From NCBI GenBank assembly GCA_004431415.1, contig QPMI01000130.1, positions 29,930 through 93,929 of the forward strand: a DNA stretch of 64,000 nucleotides. The letters are read 5' to 3'. The notes beneath the pieces are model-generated. The model saw nothing but the letters and a program-made list of their open reading frames with translations. It ran no database searches and was not told the DNA's origin. This document shows positions 1-11,569 of the stretch, piece after piece. Source of the DNA: Cyanophora paradoxa CCMP329. Lineage: Eukaryota > Plantae > Glaucophyta. The position numbers and the translations under genes are program-made. How positions within the stretch are numbered: position 1 is the first letter of the stretch; every line of letters begins with the position of its first letter.

Positions 1-95
1 CTCTAGCTAGCTAGCTAGCTATCAGATGCCTATGGTCTCGCTAGCTAGCTAGCTACAGCTACATCGCGCCTCGTTGACCAACTCTTAGCTAGCTC
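1..95. repeat. (TAGC)n palindromic microsatellite patch
   Basis: Interrupted runs of ctagctagctagct at the window start. Confidence 0.8.
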
Positions 96-819
96 GCAGC
101 GCCATCCGCGCAGCGCCATCGCCCACTTGTCCCAGCCGCCGGCGCCGCTCCATGTGCTCCACCACATCCGCGGCGCCTCGTTGCGCGTGCCGCGGTGCCG
201 CCAGGCGCCTGCACGCGCGAAGTCAAGGCAAGGCGCGGCGCCTAAAGCTCAGCGCGGGACGGGAAGCTATAGGATGGACCGGCCTGGCGCGCTTGCTAGC
301 AAGCATTGCTAGCTAACGTGGCGCAGCCTGGGGCGCGCGCGTACCTGGTGCCAGAGGGACCGCGGAACGCGGAACGCAGGGAGACCACCGAGGGCTCCTG
401 CACGGAGTAGTCAGATCACTTAGCAAATCCGATGGCAGGACGGTTTCTTGGGCACTTGTTCGAACCTGCCATCGCGTCTCGGTCCAGAGCGTCGGAATTC
501 GCGTCTCGGTGCTCGGAAGGGTTGCTGTCCGCCCTCAAGAGCTAGTTAGCCAGCGTGGCACCAAGTGGACGGCGGGAGACCGACCGCGGCGGGTGTCCGT
601 TGAAGCCGATGAACGGAAGCCGATGAACAAGGACCTGCGCGTGAAGAGGACAAGAATGCGCTACGAGTCGCGGTTCAATGCTGTTGCTCGGGCGGCGGCC
701 AGCGAGGCCTGCGGGACGAAGACGTTGACGAAGGCTTTTTGGATGTGTACCCTGTCCAATTGCGTACTGTCGACATTCGAGGAATGGGAAATGTCGACAT
801 TCGAGGAGATAATGAGGAT

Positions 820-1150
820 AATGTCAAAACCGGGGCCCCGGCTCATCTCACCAGAATTTCGCCAGAATCTTCGTGATTCTCGAGATTGTGCGCGAATTTC
901 GGGGGAAATGTCAAAACCGGAAACCGGCGTGGCCCGAATTCTCGCCAGAATCTCACCAGAATTTCGCCAGAATATCCGTGATTCTCGAGATTGTGCGAGA
1001 ATTTCGGGGGAAATGTCAAAACTGGAAACCGGCGTGGCCCCGAATTCTCGCCGGAATCTCACCAGAATTCGAATTTCGCCAGCAGCAGAATATTCGTGAT
1101 TCTCGAGATTGTGCGCGAACTTCGGAATTCGGGGGAAAATGTCAAAATCG
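820..1150. repeat. Imperfect ~105-118 bp tandem repeat (3 copies), possibly the subterminal array of a DNA transposon
   Basis: CGTGATTCTCGAGATTGTGCG recurs at ~872, ~977 and ~1095, followed (with a short insertion in copy 3) by GGGGGAAATGTCAAAA; internal CCAGAAT sub-repeats. Confidence 0.7.
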
Positions 1151-1318
1151 GCAAACGCTTTGGCCCGTCCCCGAGTTCCAATTCTCTCCCAAAATTTTAT
1201 CGCCGGCCTCGCCGAGTCGCTCGTCGCGATTTTTCGCTCTCGCTCTTCTGTATTTTCTGTACATGTATTTCTGTAGTGTATGTGCTCGAGTGTGGTTTTC
1301 AAGAAGGACAGGGATGCA

Positions 1319-2500
1319 AGGCGGGGCGCGCCGCGGCGGGGCGGGGCGGGCAGGGGCCGGCGCGGGGCGCGATCCGGCCTGTGCGCGGGCGTCAGCGCGG
1401 CTCGCGGCGGGCGGGGAGGCGGCGGGGGCGGCGCGGACCTGGCCTCAGCCCCGTCGGCGAGGCGGGGCGCGCCGCGGCGGGGCGGGGCGGGCAAGGGCCG
1501 GCGCGGGGCGCGATCCGGCCTGCGCGCGGGCGTCAGCGCGGCTCGCGGCGGGCGGGGAGGCGGCGGGGGCGGCGCGGACCTGGCCTCAGCCCCGTCGGCG
1601 AGGCGGGGCGCGCCGCGGCGGGGCGGGGCGGGCAGGGGCCGGCGCGGGGCGCGATCCGGCCTGCGCGCGGGCGTCAGCGCGGCTCGCGGCGGGCGGGGAG
1701 GCGGCGGGGGCGGCGCGGACCTGGCCTCAGCCCCGTCGGCGAGGCGGGGCGCGCCGCGGCGGGGCGGGGCGGGCAGGGGCCGGCGCGGGGCGCGATCCGG
1801 CCTGCGCGCGGGCGTCAGCGCGGCTCGCGGCGGGCGGGGAGGCGGCGGGGGCGGCGCGGACCTGGCCTCAGCCCCGTCGGCGAGGCGGGGCGCGCAGCGG
1901 CAGGGCGGGGCGGGCAGGGCCGGCGCGGGGCGCGATCCGGCCTGTGCGCGGGCGTCAGCGCGGCTCGCGGCGGGCGGGGAGGCGGCGGGGGCGGCGCGGA
2001 CCTGGCCTCAGCCCCGTCGGCGAGGCGGGGCGCGCCGCGGCGGGGCGGGGCGGGCAGGGGCCGGCGCGGGGCGCGATCCGGCCTGTGCGCATGCGTCAGC
2101 GCGGCTCGCGGGGAGGCGGCGGGGCGGCGCGGACCTGGCCCGGCGGCCGGCGCCTCAGCCCCGTCGGCGAGGCGCGCGGGGCGCGCCGCGGCGGGGCGGG
2201 GCGGGCAGGGGCCGGCGCGGGGCGCGATCCGGCCTGTGCGCATGCGTCAGCGCGGCTCGCGGGGAGGCGGCGGGGCGGCGCGGACCTGGCCGGCGCCTCA
2301 GCCCAGTCGGCGAGGCGCGCGGGGCGCGCCGCGGCGGGGCGGGGCGGGCAGGGGCCGGCGCGGGGCGCGATCCGGCCTGTGCGGGGGCGTCAGCGCGGCT
2401 CGCGGCGGGCGGGGAGGCGGCGAGGGCGGCGCGGACCTGGCCTTAGCCCCGTCGGCGCGCGCGAGGCGGGGCGCGCAGCGGCAGGGCGGGGCGGGCGGGG
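1319..2500. repeat. 141-bp GC-rich minisatellite, ~8 copies
   Basis: Unit starts at 1321, 1462, 1603, 1744 and 1885 (period 141); later copies carry small indels. Confidence 0.95.
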
Positions 2501-3484
2501 CATGATGTGCCTAGATAGCGCGCTATACAGCTGCAGCTGTAGGCCATCGGCTCCAGTGAGCAACTACCGCAGTATCACGAGCGCGCGCGGCTAGGCTAGG
2601 ACGAAAGCACTTCTCCGAAGCTTTTGCATGTCTTCTGACGGGCTAGCTTGCGCGGAGCGACACGTTGTAGGGCGATCGTACTCGCGCCACTGCTGCCGGT
2701 GCGCGAGGGCACAGACAACGTTGAAACTGCTTCCAGAACATAGCTGTCGCTACGCCTCGCCTCCTACGTCTCCGCTTCTATGTCCGACGGCGCCTGCTAT
2801 CTGGAGCTGATTTCGGCGGGGGATAGCTCATTTCGGCATTCGCCGAAATCGTACCCGAAATGATTCTCGCTGTGTGTGCCTCCGACCTCGGCGATGCGCA
2901 GCTGCTCTCCCTCGCCGAACTGCGCCTTCAGGACGCCGCCCGACGGGACCCTGGTGCGGCTAAAGTTGATACGCTTCTCGCCAAGGCGTGCTAGCCACGC
3001 TTCGAGGTCTTCCTCTGGCCCGATGAAGGGCATGCTGCGGCGGCAACGGCTAGCTAGCGTATCCCCAACGGTGCTCTCCCCCGGTCATGCAAACCCAGTT
3101 CCTGGGATTTGAACCCTTGCTGTTAGGGTGGAAAACGTCTAATTTCCAGTTTCCCCACCATACGTTTTTTCCCCGGGCGCCGGACTGTTACGAGCCCGCC
3201 GCGGGTGCCGCCGGTGCCGCCATGTTCAAAAATTTGCCGCCGAGTTTGAATTGACGTATACCGGGGGGGGGGGGGGGGGGGTTGCACACGTTAGTCCCTG
3301 ATACCCGGGCCCCATATATATATATACTGCCGCAGAAGTGTGCGCACGTACGCGTGAAAAGTAGAACCTCGGGTTGTTTCCCTCGCTCCGCTCGGGTCGA
3401 CCTGAGGCTGATCATGACGTCGACCGTGGCCGTACCCTTGAAATGTCCCGACCTCCCAAATGTCCCGCATGCGCAGGTCTACCA

Positions 3485-4168
3485 TCACTAGTACTACGCC
3501 CACTGACGACCTCACTCTCAACCTATCACCTACGGCCGCTCGCCGGGCCCTCGCGCCCGCCGCCGACCCGCCGTCGCCTGCGCGACCTGCGCCTCCGATC
3601 CACACCTCTCTCGCTACCGCCGACACGCTCGCCTCCCGCCGCCACCGCTGCTCTTGCCCCCCCTGCCCTCTCTCGCCCGTTGCCCCAGTCGCCCTTCCCC
3701 ACGGCCCCACCCCCCACCCCCTCCGCCCTCACCGTTCTGCTGATCTCCCGCTACCCCAGGGAGGGGACGGTGGTGCGAGCTGCCAGGTGGAAGGTCGTCG
3801 GTCGGCCGCTGAACCCACCGGCGCCTGCCCCGGCCACGCGCCAGGCCGGGACGGTCGGACCGCCGCGGAGGGGGCTCGTCATTGCCCGCGGCGGGGGGGA
3901 GGCGGTCGGCGGGCGGCTGGAAGCCCGGCGGAACGCGCCACTGGAGCCTCCCTCCTCCCGACCGCGGCTGCCCGACCCGGTCCTCCCCTGTCCTGTCCCA
4001 CCGCCCAACGTCGCCCCATGCCGTGCCCTCCTCCCTGCCCCCGTCCCCCTTACCCCCGACCAACCTTCCCGGATGCCCTGAGCCCGGCGGCTCCACCAGG
4101 CTTGCTCTCGGACGAGCGAGCCCCCGACCCGACCCGCCGTGCCGACGACACGGCGGGCCGTACTCTAG
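3485..4168 (+). mobile_element. Putative non-autonomous Helitron
   Basis: Perfect 9-bp stem CCCGCCGTG (4133-4141)/CACGGCGGG (4149-4157), followed after 7 nt by CTAG (4165-4168). Candidate 5' end A|TCACTAG at 3485 is tentative, and the base after CTAG is C, not the expected T. Confidence 0.4.
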
Positions 4169-5099
4169 CGTGTACAGAGAGGTTTAGATTATAGTGCGCC
4201 TTCTCGGAGGCCCTAGCTTACTAGGCATAGCGCTAGCTACAGCTGCAGCTCACTTCGCTGCCCACCTCTGGTTTCTATTCTCGTCCCTGGGTAGTCACTC
4301 CCTTTCCCGCGTAGGATCTTTCCTGTGCTGCAGCTCTAGACTTAGTCCCCGGGGTAGCATCGCCAGTTACTTCGAATTCCACATCCGAGCTCCACCCGGT
4401 CCGATGTCCGAAAGGCTTAGTCCCGTAGGCTCATCTCTCGACTTGACACAGATGGACACCTCAGTTACATCTCTAGCCATTTGTCTCGGTGTGTGCGAAT
4501 TCATTTATTCGCGCAGGTCTACAGGCCTGCGAGTTTGGTGCCAACTTGGCAATCCGATGATCGTGTTGCAGTACCCGTGCTTCGAGCCGGCAAGCTAGTC
4601 GACAGGCTCTCGGCTAGCCCTGCGCATGCATGCTGGGCGACGTCGACAGGCTCCGACAGCGCAGCATGGCGCCGGCCCGCGGCCATATACGCATGGCCTG
4701 GGCCCCCCGAGCTGCCTTGCGACTGCTCGCATCCTTGCTACTGCATACTTGCTGCTGCTTGAAGCACATCACTCGGCTGCTCCGGTGCGACTGCTCGCTG
4801 TTGCTGCTCCGGTGCCGCCGACGGTAATGACTGTCCCGCGCCCGCTCGAGCTCGGCGATTGCAATCCCAGTCAAACATGCCACCGTGGCATGCGCACACT
4901 CTTCAAGCTTGCGAGACAAGGTGCGCTCGCGCGCCGCCCGACAATCCGGTCCCGCGCCGGCCGCGGCCGCGGCCGCTGACTTGGCCGCTCGGGTGCAGAT
5001 CTCGCCATGTCGTCGAACAGCTCCTTTTGCGCTTCTTCTTCTTCTTCTTCTCAGCCGCATAGTGCACAACTAGATTCGATGTGTGCCGCACTCCGCAGC

Positions 5100-5690
5100 A
5101 GACGGCGAGTCGCGGCGCGGCTCGACGGGCGGGGCGGAGGCGCAGCGGGTGCACGTGGCGGCGCGGCGCGCCGGGTGGGGCAGAGGCGCAGCGGGTGGCG
5201 GCGTGGCGCGCCGGCGGGGTGGAGGCGCGGCGGACGGCGGCGCGGCTCGCCGGGCGGCCGGGGAGCTCGGCGGGCGGCGGCGCAGCTCGCCGCACGGGGC
5301 AGCGGCGCGGCGGGCGGCAGCGCGGCTCGTCGGCGGGCAGACGCGCGGTGAGTGGCGGCGCGGCTTGCCGGGCCGCCCGGGCGGGGCGGAGGCGCGGCGG
5401 GCGGCGGCGCGGCTCGCCAGGCGGGGCGGAGGCGCGGCGGGCGGGGCGCGGCGCGCGGGGCGGGCGCAGGCGCGGCGGGCGGCGGCGCGGCGCGCCCCGG
5501 CGGGGCGGAGGCGCGGCGGGCGGGGCGGAGGCGCGGCGGGCGGCGGCGCGGCTCGCCGGGCGGGGCGCAGGCGCGGTGGGCGGCGGCGTGGCTCGCCGGG
5601 CGGGCGGAGGCGCGGCGGGCGGCGGCGTGGCGCCTGGGGCGTGGCGGGGGCGCGGCGGGCGGCGGCGCGGCTCGCCAGGCGGAGCGGATT
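5100..5690. repeat. Degenerate GC-rich tandem repeat (~40-bp unit)
   Basis: Repeated GGCGCGGCGGGCGGCGGCGCGGCTCGCC(G/A)GGCGGGGCGGA variants. Confidence 0.8.
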
Positions 5691-6552
5691 CGGGAGGCAC
5701 GTCAACGCCTAGCAAGCAATAGCTGCAGCGTGCAGATGCTGTCGTTGTTGTACATCCCGAGACGCCGTGACGACCAAGGGGCGGGGGCGAGTCTTAGTAA
5801 CCTAACTGATTGACCTGCAAGCCTTCTTCCGGCCCCAAGAGCTCAGCTCCTCGATATCAGTATCAGCGGCTGCAGGCTCTACAGAGTGTAGATCTCTTTC
5901 TTCCCCTCGTTAGAGGTCCTTCCCCTCCAACAGGGGCAGTGCAGCTGCAGTGTCCCTGTTCCGTTCATTCACCAGGGGCCCGGGGCGGGCACGTGCACGC
6001 TGTGACGTGGCAGGGCATGCCTGGGCGGGACCACTGCGATAGTTTGCTAAGCTGCAAGTTGAAACCTGAAACAGTTTTGAAACAGCGAGCTCGAGGCCAT
6101 GAGGTAGGGCTACCGCTCTTCGGCGTACGCGAAAAAAAATCAGTGTAGGGGCGTCACACGGTCAGCCAGACAGGACGGCGCATGCGCATGGCTCCTGCAG
6201 CTGGCCATGGCCGGGTAGGGCGAGGGGGGCCCCCAAGGTAGCCTCCGGCCCACCCCGAGGCGCACGGCCGCCCCACGGGGCTTGTACGATTCGCCCCGCG
6301 GCCGGGGATCACAAGAGGAAAAGGATGGGGCGATGGGGAGAGAAGTGAAGGGGCGCTGGCGGGGTGGGCTGGGCGCGCGGCTGGGCTGGCGGTGCCGTGG
6401 GGGGGCGACGGGCGGAGGTCGGGGCGCGCGTTGAGCAGGCCGCACAGCACGCCCTCCTGCGCGACCCGCCAGCGGTCGGGGCCGGCGGAGAGCGGGCGCA
6501 GGAGGGGGAGGCCGCACGTCGCCCGGGTCGCACGAGGTGCAGCGCTTGCGGT

Positions 6553-7018
6553 TCAGCGCTGGAAAATGGCTGCTGGGAAGTGCCTGCGCTGCTGGCCTCT
6601 GCGACTGCTTGGAGCGGGAAGGAGAGGCGGGTCTGTTTGCTGCATTCTCGCGGCGCGCAGGTACTCCTCCGTACGCGTGTGCGCCAGCAGGAGCTCCTCA
6701 TCGCTGGCGCGGCGGTGGCACTCAACGAACCCCCGCCCGCGGTGCAGGTCGGCTCGCGCCCGCAGCAGCGCCACCACTTCGCGCAGATTCTGGCACGAGG
6801 TGGCTAAGTCGGTAAAGCGCACGTTGTACCGCTCGCTCAACCACCGGCATGCTAGCTAGCGCTGCAGAGCTGAGCGCGGGGGCATCGCCCGGGCTGCAGC
6901 TGAAGGCTGCGACGTCGGCTGTCTCTCTCTTCGAGTCCACTTCGACCAGCCCATTGGCGGCCCGCCTGGCGCGCTTCGCGGGCGGCGGCGCGGCGCGTTC
7001 GGGGTCCTCGGCCGCCAT
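6553..7018 (-). pseudogene. Possible histone deacetylase-family N-terminal fragment
   Basis: FVECHRRASDEELLLAHTRTEEYL resembles the R-A-S/T-x-E-E-L-x-x-x-H-T-x-x-Y motif of Zn-dependent HDACs; upstream NLS-like PPAKRARR. No catalytic GHHA or DxDxH motifs seen downstream. Confidence 0.35.
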
Positions 7019-7282
7019 CCGACGTGGCGCTCGTATGTGCTGTCCGCAAATCAACTACGTAAGACTTGCAGATCGTGCACACTGCGAGCGGCGCGCCAAG
7101 AGCTTCGGCGCACCTGGTCAACAAGCCTGCTCGCGCGGCTCCACGGACTAGGCCTGGGGGTTTATGGCCGAAAGATAGCAGCTGCAGAGGCGCTGTTCGA
7201 CTTGCGTGCTTGCCAAAGAAGTTGACAATAGCCGGGCTCTGATGGCCCGGGGGTTGCGAACGAAGTGACGGGCGAATGCCTC

Positions 7283-9328
7283 ATGAAGGTGCCTCGAGTT
7301 CAGGCTCAAGCCTTTCCTAGCGGTGCGCGCGAGCTCACGGCGTGCTCTCGCAGCGCGCAGCCCACTTGGCGGAAGAGTTCTGGTGCACAACGCTTACGGT
7401 CGTGGCCTCGTACGCCTCACGCGCGGCCGTACGTGGCCTCTATCTCGCACGCAGGTCTCGGATTTCGCAGGGGACTGCACTCTACGCGTCGAAAGCAGCG
7501 ATGAGCGGCGCGGAGCCCATATGGATGTTCGGGAGCTGCTACACACCGGAAGGCCCGCTGTCCACTGCGCGAGAGACCACTTCCTGCTGAAGCGCGCGCA
7601 GGCCCGCGCCGGGAGGTGGAGGATGACTCGGCGGGGGAGGAAGCGCAGCGGACGCCCCCACGCGGAGAAGCGGGGCGGGTCAATGCCACGGACGAGGAGC
7701 GCGCATATGAAGCGTTCCTGCGCGACTTCAGCATCCTCCCGTGGATGACGTATAGAAAGGTGCGGCGGCGGAGCTTGCGCGCGCCGCCGCGCGGCCCTCG
7801 TCTGACGGCGGCGGCATTCGGCGGGGGGCAGGGGTTCACAGGGATCGGCGGGGGGTCGCTAACGTCAGACGTGGGGTGGGGCTGCATGCTGCGCTCGGCC
7901 CAGATGATGCTCGCCACCGCACTCCTCCGCCTCCGCCTCGGCCGCGGTCCGCCCCCGCCGGTCCCCGCCCGCCCCGGCCGCCGAGCGCGGCGCCAGACTT
8001 CGACGTCGACGCCGACCCAGCGGCCTGCGCGCGCTTCGCCGAGGTGTGCCGCTGCGCCCGCGCGCGGCGCGGCGCGGTGCCGACGGGGCGCGGGGGGCAG
8101 GTGGTGCGGGAGTTCGCGGACTGCGACTGCGAGCGGGCGCCGCTCTCGCTGCACGCGATGGTCGCCACGGGCGCCGCCGGCGGCCTCAAGCGCGCCGGCG
8201 AGTGGTACGGGCCGTCCAGCGCCTGCCTGGTCCTCCGGTGCGCGCCGCGCCGCGGGGCGGGGCGGGGGCCGGAGTGCGGGGCGGGGCGCGGCGGGTGCCG
8301 AGGTGGACGTGCGGGCAGGGAGCTGGTGGAGCGGGCGCGCCCCGGCGGCCTCCGCGTCCTCCTCTCCGACGACGGCTGCATCTACCGCGACCAGGCGCCC
8401 CGCCCCGCCCCCCGCGCCCCCGCCCCGCCGCCCCGCGACGCCCCTCGCAGCTCCTCCCCTCCGCCGCCGCCTCTTCCTCCTCGGGGCCGGCCGCCTTCGA
8501 CCCCGTCCTCATCCTCGTCCCCGCCCGCCTCGGTGCCGCCCCCGCCGCGGCGCCGCCGCCGGGCCGGCTGACTCGGGGCAGGGCTCGAGGGCCTGAACCC
8601 CGTCTACGTGCCGGCGCTGCAGGCCCTCTACCGGCGCGCCTTGGGAGGCCCCTCGGCGCGCCCCTCGCCTGACGCCGCCGCGCAGCGTGCCCGAGTTCGT
8701 GGGGGTGCTTGGCGGCCGGCCCCGCTCCTCCCTCTACTTCGTCGCCTGCCAGGGTGCGGCCGGCCGCGGGGCGGCGGGGGCGGGCGGGGCAGGCCCTCAG
8801 GCGGGGGCGGCAGGGGGGAGGCGCTGTACCTCGACCCCCACACCACCCGCCCCGCCGTCCCCTGCCCCCACACCCCGCACCCGCCCCGCGCCCCGCCTTC
8901 CCCACGAGGCCCGCCCCGCCCGCCCCCGCCCCCCGCCGCCCCCGACGCCCCCGCAGAGCTACCGCTGCCGCACGCCGCGCCGCATGCCGCTCGCCGAGGC
9001 GCGCCGCCGTTCCCCGGGCGGGCCGCGCGGGGCGGGGCCGGGGCGACGGGGCGGGGGCGCAGCTGGACCCGTCGCTGGCGCTCGGCTTCCTCTGCTGCTC
9101 GCCCCGCGAGTTCGACGCCCTCTGCGCCCGCCTCCGCCAGGCCCGCCCCCTGCCTCCGCCCCGCCCCGCCCCACCGGGCCGGCGCGAGGCGGGGCGCAGC
9201 TGGCGGGGGCGCACGGGTGGTGAGCGTGGCAGAGGCGACGCCGGGGTACAAGCGGGGGCGGGCGCCGGGCGGGCGCCGGGGACTTCTGGGACGAGCGCGC
9301 CCTCGCCGAGGACGGCGACGACTTCTAG
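7283..9328 (+). CDS. ATG4: Autophagy cysteine protease (peptidase C54), multi-exon
   Basis: Exons give PIWMFGSCY, WMTYRK|GF, SDVGWGCMLRSAQMMLA (catalytic Cys), GEWYGPS, LILVPARLG, GVLGGRPRSSLYF, LYLDPH (Asp/His) and LDPSLALGF; acidic tail EDGDDF*. Confidence 0.95.
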
Positions 9329-9356
9329 GCCCGCCCCCGGGGCCCCCTCCACGCCC

Positions 9357-9393
<37 letters not shown>
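9357..9393. repeat. Poly(C) tract (~37 nt)
   Basis: Uninterrupted C run between the convergent ATG4 and SDR 3' ends. Confidence 0.9.
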
Positions 9394-9396
<3 letters not shown>

Positions 9397-9399
9397 CCC

Positions 9400-11211
9400 G
9401 GCCCCCGCAGCCGCCGCCTCGCACACCCGCGTGCACTTTGTGCGTGTGCGTCGCGCGGCCGGCCGCGTCTGTACAGTCATCATCGAGGTCGAGGGGCGTG
9501 GGCGGGGCCCGTCAAGGGCGGGGGCGGGGGCGGGGCGGGGCGGGGCCGGCGAGGAAGTCGCGCTGGTACTCGCCAACGCCCGTCGCGTCGCAGATCGCGT
9601 CGTGCAGCCGCCTGCGCCCCCGCCCCCTCGCCCCCGCCCTCGCCGGCCCCGCGGGGCGGCGAGGGAACGCGCCCGAGGCCGAGGGAGACGCGCAGGAAGG
9701 TGCCCAGCGGCGCGATCGCCACCGCCGCGGGGAGGCACAGCGTGGTGCCGCCCTGTGGGGCGTGAGGGGTGCGGGGCGGGGCCGCGGCGGGGCGGGGGCG
9801 GGGCGGACGGCGGGAAGAGAGCGGGCGACGGCGCGGGCGATGTCGGGCGCCTCGGAGACGGGCAGCGCGAAGAAGCGCTGCCTGATCCCCTGCCCCCGCG
9901 TCGGCCCCCGAGGCGCGCCCCGCCCCGCCACGCACGCGCACCGGGAAGAGGGCTGTGCGCACGAAGAAGGGACAGACGGTGGTGCACTCGACGCCTGCGG
10001 GCCGCTCGCACGCGGGGCGGGGCGGGGCGGGGCGGCGGGTGCGGGCCGTGGGCGCCGGCGGCGCGGAGCTCGAGGCGGAGGGCCTCCATGAGGCCCACCG
10101 CCGCGAACTTGGACGCGCAGTAGTCCACCATCCCTGCCCCCAGGCCCCCGTCAGCCGTCAGCCCTTCAGATCGGCCCCCAGCGCGAGAATCCCCCATGCC
10201 CCCCCCGCTGCCCCGCTCGCCCCCGGCCCCGGGGCGGCACCAGGGACCCCGATGAGGCCAGCTGCGGAGGCGATGGAGACGATGTGGCCTGACGCTCGGC
10301 GGAGCATCTCCGGCAGGCAGCACTTGACTGTCCAGAAGTGCGCCGTCGCATTCACGGCCATCGTCCTGCGCCCCGCCCCTCGCGCCCCGCGGCGCCGGCC
10401 GGTGGGCAACCGCGGCGCACCGCTCGATCGACTCGTCGGGCGTGTCGAGAAGGGACGCGTGGCTCGCCACCCTGTGCCGGCGCGCCGCGGCCAGCTCGCA
10501 TCAGCCACTGCGGATCGGCAAGGTCTGGGGGGGGGGGCGCGCGCGCGCGTATGCGCAAGCGCACCCCGCGTTGTTCACCAGGATCGTAACGCCCTCGCCG
10601 TGGAAGCCCTGCCGCATGCGCATTCGAAGCAGCTCGCTGCAACAGCTGCTGAGCGGCGCACGAAGCAAGCGACAAATCACCTGCACGATTTTCTCGTGTG
10701 CCCGCCGCACCTGCGCGCATGCCCCGGACCCGCTCAACCCGGCCCGCCGACGCGCGCGTACGGCAGCTGTGCGGACGCGGCGCACGGCGGCGCGGTTTGT
10801 GACGTCGCAAACGTACGCGTTGATGAGCGCCTTGGGATACTTCGCTCGCATCTGGGACCCGCCGCGCGCTGTCAAGCGATGTAGACGTCGCGAGCCGCTA
10901 CGTACGCATCACAAGTGCACCTCAGTCACGCTGTCTGTCAGCTCGGGCTCAGAGATGTCGGTTATCGCGACGGATGCACCACGCGACGCCATCTGCCGCA
11001 GCGCAAGGTCAGCGCCCCTCGAGCTCACCTCCTCAGCGATCGCTCGGCCGATGCCGCGCGCTGCACCCGTGACCCATACGCGCTGACCTTGATAGTAGTT
11101 GCGCTGCTTTTCGCGTTGCGCGGCCCTGTACCTCGCCAGGCCGGCGACAGCGAGCGTTGCGGCGGCGCCGGCGCCTGCCAATGTCCATGGAGAGCGCAGG
11201 ATCCCGTCCAT
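9400..11211 (-). CDS. Short-chain dehydrogenase/reductase (RDH10/17beta-HSD11-like) with N-terminal membrane anchor
   Basis: VWVTGAARGIG, CDVT, ILVNNAG, GHIVSIASAAG, YCASK and TTVCPFFV motifs across exons; 3' end approximate. Confidence 0.92.
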
Positions 11212-11569
11212 GGCGAGCGCAGGTCTAGGGTCTCACTCGCTATCCAGTGCGAAGCGGGAGCCGTCCGCCGAGTTTCCGGGGTTACGAGCCCGTACCCCCA
11301 CAACGCGTCAGAGTCGGTCAGATCTAGACGCCGTCAGTCTCACCGGTCTCGCCGCCCTCGAAACTCGAAAGCGAGCCAAACGTGAAGCTCGCCAGCAGCG
11401 AGCTTACGTAATCGCGTGCTCCAGGCGGAACTAGCGATCGAAAGCGAGCGAGGAGCGCTTGCGCCTGACCTTGTTGTCTACACCGGTACGAGCGCGCTGC
11501 AGCGAGCGGGACCCTGCGCATGCGCGCGGTAGCAACCATGCAGACCCTAGGCCTGGCCCCCGCGTGAAG

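Noticed and set aside
1-95. Telomeric repeat
   Set aside because: (TAGC)n is palindromic, not G-strand biased, and recurs internally (e.g. ~53790).
820-1150. CRISPR-like repeat array
   Set aside because: The 'spacers' are themselves repeated, there are no cas genes, and the context is eukaryotic.
873-2594. Long ORFs (573, 504 and 388 aa) over the repeats
   Set aside because: They are open only because the 141-bp GC-rich unit is a multiple of 3 and stop-poor; the translations are R/G/A repeats.
2640-3060. Minus-strand coding-like fragment (MPFIGPEEDLEAWLARLGEKR...)
   Set aside because: Interrupted by stops and no recognisable family; possibly a decayed gene but unsupported.
3085-3120. tRNA/SINE B-box-like GGTTCAAATCCC on the minus strand (a similar motif at ~16168)
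   Set aside because: No cloverleaf or properly spaced A-box could be built.
4194-4600. 134-aa ORF and its antisense coding-like stretch
   Set aside because: No motifs and no typical intron or codon pattern.
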